59,247 nt of DNA from Pelomyxa schiedti (lineage: Eukaryota; Protista; Evosea): contig JAHLWZ010000290.1 in assembly GCA_020536535.1 (NCBI GenBank), positions 1-59,247 on the forward strand, read 5' to 3'. A program made the translations under genes and the position numbers. The notes under the pieces were generated by a model. The model was given only the letters and a program-made list of their open reading frames with translations. It ran no database searches and was not told the DNA's origin. Shown piece by piece: positions 51,093 to 59,247 of the stretch; position 1 is the stretch's first letter; each line of letters begins with the position of its first letter.

Positions 51093-52928
51093 ATGACAGG
51101 CTGCCACAAGACCTTTGTTGTAGCAGTGTTGGTGGCCGTTCTGGTGGGTAGTTGTTGGTCACTTGACCCTGTGTGTGACACCACACGTGAATGGAGGGAC
51201 GATTTGACCAGCAAGGTGCTGTCTACGTTGGTTGACAAGTACGGATACAGTGTGGCCGACCAGGGCATGTATTACTACAACAAAGTCACTTCGTTTGGTG
51301 CAAGTGGTGAACAGGCCTATGGCGTATGTGTACATGTTGGCTTGGGCTGTTCACTGCATCTAACTTTCTTTTTTTTTTTTTTTTTTTTCTTCTTTACAGC
51401 TGTACAACCTTTCAAGGAGCATTATGCTTTGGGATGAATACCCAATTTGGAGGCAGTTGGGGAATGAGGCTATAATCTTTGTGGGTTGTACTCCTCCTCC
51501 TGCAAGGTTGCTTCTGATCCCTTATGGGTCACGCTAAAAATCACGCAGATATTTTGGGTGGCGGTCCTACTTGCTATCCGACCCTCTTATTCGTTCACCT
51601 TTCACTAGAGGAGTCGATCCTGTGGTAAACTTATGTTATAACACCATTATGACCTTATATTGTCCAGCCTTGGACTGCTCTAGGTGATGTTTTGAATCAG
51701 TTTGTGATGGAAACTACACAAGGCACTAATTCATTCTCATCCACAATGGCCGTAGTAACTGTTGCGGACGGGTGTGTACCCTGTAGCACTTACATTATCT
51801 CATTTCTTGATTTTGTGCAGCACAACAGAAAGCGTAATCAAACAGGCTTTTCTTGACAACGGATTTCCTTATGTCAATTCTGACAATATGCCCGGCCAAT
51901 ACATTGAATTTGGCCTCGAAAGTCCATCAGACACCTTCTTAATGGAGAATAGGTACGCATTCTTGTAAGTATATTAGTATTTATTCCTTGTACAGAGTCT
52001 CCTGCTTCATAGATTCAGATCAGGGAGCATATTACCTCAACACAACGGCACCCATTTATTTGGTGAGACCGCCTTCCACTCAGGGGCTTAACCTGTACCC
52101 CCTGTTGGAGTACCGATCAACAGAAACTGGGATGGATGGTGTGCTAACTTCCAAAATGGAACCCCTTCTAAGAGGAATCACAGAGTCCTACCTAGAATCC
52201 AGTCTGGATCAGCTAGCGTCCCAAGTGGAACAATACTGGAACAACAAAAGATATAGACTCGTATCTACGACCTTAATGGAATGGTGAGGCCCCAAAACAA
52301 CCTAATATATCAAGAGTTAACAACAATTCCTCAACTCTAACCAGTACAACTAAACTAAGTGAACTAAATGTAGATAGAAGCAGTCACAAAAACACCACAC
52401 ACTGGACCCTAACTAACACTTACATTCCATAGGAAACCCGAAAACTGGACGGACTGCCTCATCAACCACGAATTCTGTGGCGGGATATCAACAGATGCCA
52501 CATATGGTCATCTCCCGCGCCCCCTTATCGAGAACTACTTCGACAGCTCGTCGGACCGCTTCTACGTCTTCGTCGGAATCTCGCACTACAACGCCGGCCG
52601 CCGGGCGCAGTACACGTCGCTGGAGCTGTACAACGCCATGTACGTGCAGGTCGCGGGCGCCAGCGACGTGGCGTACAACCTCAGCGCGCGGGCGTACGAG
52701 CCCCCCGACGTGTCGTACGCGGACCAGATGTTCGCCGTCAGGTTCGCGAGGCGATGCGATGATGACGCCGCAACGTTCTGCGTGGAGGTACGGGAGGACG
52801 CACTGCCCGACGGCGACAAGTTCATGGCTTGGTCGAGGGCGTACCTCAGTCCTTACAGCTACACGCAACCCGATCCTGACGAGATCCTGTTCCCTCGAAT
52901 GTTGCACTTCACCAAAATCCTTGGATAA
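51093..52928 (+). CDS. Secreted hypothetical protein, multi-exon
   Basis: Signal peptide MTGCHKTFVVAVLVAVLVGSCWS. Exons such as AIIFVGCTPPPA.YFGWRSY. GC-rich final exon ending at TAA 52928. Confidence 0.65.
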
Positions 52929-53377
52929 AAAAAATTACAGGGAAGGGCTCCTCAACTTGGTTTTTTTCACATAACAGCTGGAAATAATCAACGGACCGAA
53001 CGCTGTCATTTTCGTTATCGTCGCTCAGGATCGGTGGTCTGGAATTTTTTTTATGCAGCCAATTGTAGTCCATGGTACGGATTTTTGCAATGAGTCTTAT
53101 GTGCCTAGGGTTCAAATTCCTACCGTGAAGTAGTCCCAAAGCCCTCACCTGCAGCAACTCGTGGTGTGCAAAGGCAAAGTACGACGGCTTATCGTCCCAC
53201 AATACCACCCCGTTCTACACCATCCAATTTTCTTGGGGTGGGGTCTTTAAAAGCTTCATACCCAAGTGAAATGGCTATTGCCAATGGTAGTAGTATTAAT
53301 GACAATACGATTTCTGCAGCCTGTTAGGAATACTTCAAGAATAATTGTTCACTGACAACCAACTTTCAGCGGCACTT

Positions 53378-54299
53378 ATGTCAATGTCAACCAGCCAAGA
53401 TTTGCCTCAGCCAACTGGCAGCTCCAAGCCACTCTTGGAAACAGCTCCACTATCTGCTCAGTTGAGTGCAACACAAAGGGCATTTCAAATTCAAACAGCT
53501 AATACCGAGCAAGTGTGTTCCTGGCTTGCACCACTCGGGATGGATGACGATTACCTGAAGATCATTAAAGCAATCAAAATCAGAGGAAGAACGCTTGCCA
53601 ATTACTCTGCGCAGCAATTGTGTGGTCTCGTTGTTGGGGATGCAGAATTCATTGTTGATGAAGTAAAAGACCATTTGGCAAGATATCAAGAGTCGATAGG
53701 CGCCAGCCAAAAGCCACGTGGTATGATAGAGCAACTCCCTAGACTCGTGGGAGTAGTACCTCTGTATAGTGCCTCGCGTTTGTTGTTGGAAATGAATCTT
53801 ATGGAAAGAATATCCGCAAAAACGATCAATGATTCAGAATCTGTTAGTGAGGTTTCTTCATTTCCAAATAAGTGTCTTTTTTACATTGACGACAATGTAG
53901 TTCTTGAAGAAGAAATGTAATTTTGAAGCTACCTGCCACAACAACGTCCCGAATCTCAGCGAGTTTGAGAGCAATTTGCGAGAATTCCAAAAGAAGCTTA
54001 GCAAAGAAAAAAGGGAACGGCAAGGTTTGCCTGCTCCTTTTTCTTATGTCGAACTTGGGGCTGACACCCGGCATCAGATTGCCAGCCTATTTTATTTTGC
54101 TGGGTATGGAAGGCAAGTAGCAGGACACAACTTCCTGCTGATGACAGATGACGAGACTGGTGAGAATGATTTCGAGGAGACCACCTATGATCTCATGGAG
54201 CTACAAGCACCGACGCTTGGCACTGTGATAGACGGAATGAAGAAACACTCCGACCTAACAATCGGCATTATTGGCTTGAAGCCAATCCAACGACTATAA
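53378..54299 (+). CDS. Hypothetical protein with SAM-like domain, one 49-nt intron (53852-53900); 5' and 3' ends uncertain
   Basis: TEQVCSWLAPLGM..DYL..IK..KIRGRTL resembles a SAM domain. The intron joins the two ORFs in frame. Confidence 0.5.
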
Positions 54300-54747
54300 G
54301 GGTGCTTTCAAGGTGACACTCAGCCCTTTAAGATTCAACACACTGATTTTCTTAAATTAAAGACTCGAGGGTCGACGACTGAACTAGCATTGACAAAAGA
54401 AGATTTCCGGGCTGTGTGAAATGTGGTGTATCCAACAAGCCCAGCTTTTCTCCAGACTTCCACTGCCCAACCAGCGGAACCGCGGATTCTTCACTGGTCA
54501 CTCCCTTGAAGGTTGCTTTTGTTTCGCACATTCCAACTGGCTTACATCACAGTTATAGTTGTCGACAATGCAGAACCGGCACATCCTGGAATGATCTCGA
54601 GTACGCCATCACTCATAAAGTGCAGATTCAATAGGTATGCTTTGCTCTCTTATGAGGTCAAGGCATTGTGTTGCTTGTGCTAATACATGGATATTTTAAG
54701 ATATCTTCAGCTTCATAGATTTCAGCCTTTTTTTTTTTTTTTTGAAA

Positions 54748-54906
54748 GGAGTTGCGCATAGAACGCAAACCCCATCTAAACAAAAATTACACTGCTGGGC
54801 TCCCTTGCGGGATCCATACTGCAACCTCAGACTAGAGTGCTAAGTCCGAGGCTACAACAGCACACCAGTCCTTATTGATCAACGGTATGCACAGTCAGGT
54901 ATGTAT
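54748..54906 (-). ncRNA. U1: Variant U1 snRNA (5' end ATACATACCTG)
   Basis: The reverse complement folds as U1: helix H ACTG/CAGT, SL1 loop GATCAATAAG, SL2 loop TAGCACTCT closed by CCTCGGACT/AGTCTGAGG, SL3 GCAA tetraloop, Sm site TAATTTTTG, GC-rich SL4. About 159 nt. TCCCATAA at -63. Confidence 0.88.
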
Positions 54907-54961
54907 GAAGGAACACTTTGTCCTGTTGGGCGGTGAAATACCCCCGGTCCCTCCATCTGGG

Positions 54962-54990
54962 TTATGGGAAACCCTGGAAATTACCCATAA
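54962..54990. promoter_or_regulatory. Back-to-back DUSE-like snRNA upstream elements (bidirectional promoter)
   Basis: TCCCATAA on the - strand (54969-54962; -63 from the variant U1) and ACCCATAA on the + strand (54983-54990; -62 from the canonical U1). Both match the Dictyostelium DUSE consensus WCCCAWAA and its spacing. CCTTC immediately precedes both +1 sites. Confidence 0.8.
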
Positions 54991-55044
54991 GGGCAAAAAA
55001 CCCGGGCGGGTGAAATTGCGATCACACTGAGGTGGAAAACCTTC

Positions 55045-55203
55045 ATACTTACCTGGTACTCACAGACGCTGATCAATGAGGGCGTTTTGTGTGTTGACGA
55101 TCCCATTCCTGCACTCTGAGTGGGTTGTTGGCATGAGTCTCCGCAAGGGGATATCTAGTACACAATTTTTTCTAGTGGGGTGCGCGATTCTTCGCCGCCC
55201 TCC
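55045..55203 (+). ncRNA. U1: U1 snRNA (canonical 5' end ATACTTACCTG)
   Basis: ATACTTACCTG, helix H GTACT/AGTAC, SL1 loop GATCAATGAG, SL2 loop CTGCACTCT closed by CCCATTC/GAGTGGG, SL3 GCAA tetraloop, Sm-like AATTTTTTC, SL4. About 159 nt. Confidence 0.92.
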
Positions 55204-55386
55204 TTTTGTAAACTCAAAATAACAAGTGCCTTACTTCGGGTTGCGTTGGTTTCCGTGGTGTTGTTCTCTTTAGATTGTTAGCTCCTCAGAGTCTAAGAGA
55301 ATTTTCTTGTCAACACAGTGATCAGGGTCTGAAATTTTCTTTTTTTTTTCGTGATCCAGTAAATAATCAGTGAGGTGACAGCGGGC

Positions 55387-55991
55387 ATGGCGGCACGAAG
55401 CAGAGCAAATGTACGTCCAATTAACATTTACCACCAACCCTCGTAACGCGCAATGTCGAAGATCTTATTTGTATAAAACGAAACCCAACAAACCAACAAC
55501 CAAAGCAAGCCAGGTTACCCCCCGAAGTCAACCGCATTTTGTTCGTGCGTAACTTGCCGTGGAAAATCACGTCGGAGGAGATGTACGATATTTTTGGGAA
55601 ATACGGCGCCATAAGACAAATCAGAGTGTATGCCTCACGCTTTACTCTACTAACATCTGCTTCATTTCGCGTTTGCTTTATGTTCGATACCAATATTACA
55701 CACCATTAACCGCCAAAACCCACCTCTTACAGGGGAAATTCTTCTGACACTCGCGGTACAGCTTTTGTTGTATACGAGGATATCTATGATGCGAAAAACG
55801 CTGTTGATCACTTGTCTGGCTTCAATGTTTGTGGGAGATACCTCATCGTTCTGTACTTCAACCAAAACAAAATGACCAAGAAAACGGACTTGCAAAAGAA
55901 AAAGCAAGAGGTGGAGGCCCTCAAAGAGAAGTATGGCATGGATGAATCCGCAGCCAAGAAAGACACAGTGGCACCAAGTGCTGTGGATTAA
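55387..55991 (+). CDS. SF3B6: Splicing factor 3B subunit 6 (SF3b14a/p14), two introns
   Basis: [36 protein letters not shown]|.GN...[36 protein letters not shown]. Confidence 0.95.
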
Positions 55992-56361
55992 GCTTCTTCC
56001 TCTTTCAAAGGCCATTCACTCACATCTCCTGTACGTTGTCCAAGGCAGAAAACAAAACTATAATCACACTACCTTGCCTCTCACCTTTCACTATGCCATT
56101 CCCACATTACCAAAGCCGAATCAAAATAAATAGGCACAGTTAATCGACCATTTCACTTGTTCTTTTTTATCTCTTGTTTGTTGTGGCGAGACATGCGGCA
56201 CTCGCCACATTGGTCTTTTGCTTCTGTGGAGTATATTTAGCTGTATGAACAGTCAAACTGATCTTTTTCCTTGAATGCAAAAGTGAAGAACAACGCTTGT
56301 TGTTGGTTCAACATGTTTCCGAGGTGACGAGAAAATTCCTTTTCGAAAAACTCGACGAGAG

Positions 56362-56899
56362 ATGGGACAAGCAGTGGGCACCCGTACCGGAAAAAGTAAT
56401 TACCAGAACAACCAGGACAGCATCATCCCATTCGTGAAGGACAACGAGCTCCTCGCAGCGGCGGCCAAGGCCCAAGCCATCAAATTGTCCTGGTTGGTCT
56501 CTCGGACACCCGTGGGCCATGAGGAGGATGCTTGTTGGGCGCGCTCGTCGGGATTTTCCCTCAACGTGTTGTTTGTTTGTGCGTCTCTGGGACACCTCGA
56601 GGAGCTGATGACTGTGTACAATGCCTGGCACGAAACTCGTTGGTGGGAGGATCGCTTGGCACCTTCCGAGTGCAAATGGAACCAGTGGGATCCAGGGACC
56701 CCTTTGGCTTGTGCAGTGAACGAGGGGCACGTGCAAGTGGCGAGGTTCTTGATGGAAAAGTGTGGCCAACGTCCGGAGAGCTGGTGCACTCTGGATGGAA
56801 AAAAGGTCACGGCTCTTCATTTGTGTGTTCAAAAGCAGCTGTTGGAGCTCATTGACCCGATTCTACAATCCGTTGGTGATCTGAAAAGGAGGGTTGATC
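56362..56899 (+). CDS. Ankyrin-repeat protein, third more divergent paralog of the 29662/31914 genes, truncated by the gap
   Basis: MGQAVGT..., RTPVGHE, WNQWDPGTPLACAVNEGHVQVARFL. Confidence 0.78.
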
Positions 56900-56999
56900 N
56901 NNNNNNNNNNNNNNNNNNNNNNNNNNNNNNNNNNNNNNNNNNNNNNNNNNNNNNNNNNNNNNNNNNNNNNNNNNNNNNNNNNNNNNNNNNNNNNNNNNN
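56900..56999. other. Assembly gap (100 N)
   Basis: N run. Confidence 0.98.
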
Positions 57000-57703
57000 T
57001 TCATGCCTGTAGAGCAATCTCAGATATACTCGCTGAGCTGCAGAGACTAAATGAATACTTCATGACTACTTACAAACTCACTTTGGAAATTCGTATTGGA
57101 GTATGAGAACACTCATTCATAATGAGAAACAGTAACAAATTCAAAGGTGCATTCAGGAGAGGTGCAAGCAGGAAATGTTGGTTCTTCACATAGGCTGAAC
57201 TACACAGTCCTCGGTTTGTAGTCAACCTTTCTAACATCGCATTGAAGAAAGCTGCAGGTAATACCGTCAACTTGGCTAGCCGGCTTGAGGCTGTGAATAA
57301 AGAAGTTGGGACCCAGGTGCTAGCCTCAAATAGTTTCCGGAGTTGCGCCGGTGGCGATTTTGCTTTCAGAGCACTGGGTTCGATATCTGTAAGTAACATC
57401 TTCCTTTCTCTTAGACTTACTTGTGCAAGGTCAGAGGATTCCAAGACCTCGTTCTCGTTCATCAGTTCCTCGGTGCTATGGATAGGTTCCGACTTTTTTT
57501 TTTCCCTTACAGCTCTCCTAACAAAGAACAGGCTTGACCCAACAACGAAACAACTCCTGAAAGACTATTTGGAAATAGATAAAGCTTTATGTGAAGGACA
57601 ATCCAATATCGACCCTATGATTGCATCATTTTTGGAAGTACATCCTGAGGATAAAACGGTGTCACTGGCACAGAGCTACCAACAAACACACAAAGATAGA
57701 TAA
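57000..57703 (+). CDS. Adenylyl cyclase 3' portion (second copy, partial)
   Basis: IRIG|VHSGEVQAGNVGS, GNTVNLASRLE, same stop as the copy ending at 3873. Confidence 0.75.
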
Positions 57704-57794
57704 GAACAAAAAAAAAAAAAAATCTCAACGTCACTCATGGCCTGGACATCCAGGAATAAACCTCCAACAACCGGTTTGTTCACGAGTCTACTGA

Positions 57795-59042
57795 ATGACG
57801 AGTGACAACGGAATACCGATAAGAGCTACATGGAAAATCGACGCTCGATCGCAGTTCTTGGCGTTGGCGTGTGGTGCCACGGCCTCTGGTCGTGGGCCAG
57901 TGAGCCTGCTGTCAAACGCTTTCGAAGTGTTGGCCTACGAAATTGGCCGCAAGTGGGTAGTAAGTTGCTCGCGCCGTTGGGGATTCGGCGTGGGGGAGGG
58001 ACACAGCAAGGACGAGATTCCGTGTGGTGATTGCTGCCTTGTGGTTTTCTTTGGAGTGTCGCACACGCTGGGGCTTGTGTGGCACAAGTTGCACCTGTTT
58101 GGCGGCTGTAACTTTGGGGCCTCCAAGCCCTGTGCAAACGGAATGCAGATTGGGTGCTACTTGGGTAGCTCCAAGTGGATGTCCTATCTTCCTTGGGCTG
58201 TCGACAGGGATGGCGCCTTTGTGATGAATGAAGATGACGGCAGGATCGTCGGGCGAATTCGTGGCTCAGTATCCACCTTAAACTGGGTCGAAAGCTTCCA
58301 TAGCAACGGCAAGTGGCTCGTTCAGATTTGCAGAAAAAGTAAAATGAGAGTGTGGCGACTTCGTGAGGGTGTTCCTGAGGGCCATTGTGTGCTTATTCGG
58401 AACCGTCCTGACCACAGAATTTTTGGCACACGTTTCCTGCCTTGGGGCGATGAGAATGAAGTTGTTGTGGTTTCTCAGTCGAAAGAGAAACACGCTTCAG
58501 ACCTACTATTTGTGGATCTTCAAACCAGCGTCTTCAATGAGGCGCTGGTCGTGACCAGCAGTATTTCAGTTCCCTACGAGGCAGACGATATATTGTGCTT
58601 GTCACGTCAGGAATTCCTAGTCCTCTCGCGGGATTTTTCGATTGAAATGGGGTTCCGCAGGTTTACATACAACACTTCGACCCGGCGACTGTTCTACTTT
58701 CCGGGAGACGTTCAGTTTGTACCGCCGTCACACGTGCTCAACAGACCCCGCCTCGATCATGATATTAGGATTTATGCTGCCTCCGACCTGGGTCAACCTT
58801 TGCGCCAGTTTCAACAACATGGGTGCCAGCATTCATTTTTCAGAATGACCACAACAGACCGCTGGATCGCAAATGGCGATCCTTCTGTTTCCCTGAATGT
58901 CTACGACTTGGTCACAGGCACCACCGTGTTCACACTTACTCGCACATTGAAGAGCCCAGGCGTAGCAGCCCAACATTCAGGGGAAACGATACCACAACAC
59001 CACAGCCCACGCCCCCGGTCCCCTCCTTGGCTCCACTTCTGA
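57795..59042 (+). CDS. Intronless hypothetical protein (second copy of 3963-5228)
   Basis: 415-aa ORF nearly identical to copy 1, with a short in-frame deletion near the C-terminus. Confidence 0.7.
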   Translation: MTSDNGIPIRATWKIDARSQFLALACGATASGRGPVSLLSNAFEVLAYEIGRKWVVSCSRRWGFGVGEGHSKDEIPCGDCCLVVFFGVSHTLGLVWHKLHLFGGCNFGASKPCANGMQIGCYLGSSKWMSYLPWAVDRDGAFVMNEDDGRIVGRIRGSVSTLNWVESFHSNGKWLVQICRKSKMRVWRLREGVPEGHCVLIRNRPDHRIFGTRFLPWGDENEVVVVSQSKEKHASDLLFVDLQTSVFNEALVVTSSISVPYEADDILCLSRQEFLVLSRDFSIEMGFRRFTYNTSTRRLFYFPGDVQFVPPSHVLNRPRLDHDIRIYAASDLGQPLRQFQQHGCQHSFFRMTTTDRWIANGDPSVSLNVYDLVTGTTVFTLTRTLKSPGVAAQHSGETIPQHHSPRPRSPPWLHF

Positions 59043-59247
59043 GCATAGTTTACAGGACTGAACACAGGGAATTTCCTCAGGAAAAGTTGTTTTTACATGT
59101 GCAGGCGCTGTTGTTTTCTGAGCCCAAAAAAAAAAAAGCCCTTTCCAAAAACCAGTACTTTGTTGTCTTCAAGATTAAATTGCATGTCCCCCAACTATTG
59201 AGGCCACGGTAAGGGGGCCAGCCTTGCACTCCAGTAGCATTCCGTTG

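Larger units (their letters stand above)
57000..59247. repeat. Near-identical second copy of region 3171-~5431 (cyclase 3' end, hypothetical gene, end of the OB-domain exon)
   Basis: Starts with exactly the same sequence as 3171 and is collinear to the window end, with scattered substitutions and small indels. Confidence 0.95.

Noticed and set aside
54748-54906. The variant RNA as U11, SL RNA or a U1 pseudogene
   Set aside because: Its 5' end is not complementary to the U12-type donor RTATCCTT, it has U1-type SL1/SL2 loops, and its intact stems and upstream element argue against a pseudogene.
55255-55335. Imperfect hairpin (ttctctttaga...tctaagagaa) between U1 and SF3B6 as another ncRNA or snoRNA
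   Set aside because: Short AT-rich stem, no convincing C/D or H/ACA boxes and no upstream DUSE-like element. Probably SF3B6 promoter or UTR.

Overview
Gene-dense eukaryotic scaffold window with many very short spliceosomal introns (mostly about 30-60 nt) and two 100-N assembly gaps. An amoebozoan origin is suggested by DUSE-type snRNA promoter elements and a CARMIL-like gene. Pelomyxa/Archamoebae is my best guess but is inference only. About 20 protein-coding genes were reconstructed by eye: a class III receptor adenylyl cyclase, an ankyrin-DUF4062-NACHT-WD40 (TEP1-like) protein apparently fused to an EMAP II/Arc1p tRNA-binding domain, a degenerate Arf, RCE1, a CARMIL-like LRR protein, a U-box protein, an NHL/Sel1 protein, a tandemly duplicated ankyrin + F-box cassette, an EF-hand protein, a DUF4185 (GH183-like) hydrolase, a LIM protein, gp210, xanthine dehydrogenase and SF3B6. 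The main find is invisible in the ORF track: a head-to-head pair of U1 snRNA genes at 54748-55203. One has the canonical 5' end ATACTTACCTG. The other has ATACATACCTG, complementary to GTATGT donors. They share a 138-bp bidirectional promoter with two back-to-back WCCCATAA elements and sit beside SF3B6, in a genome with strikingly degenerate 5' splice sites. All exon boundaries were deduced manually and no database searches were run.
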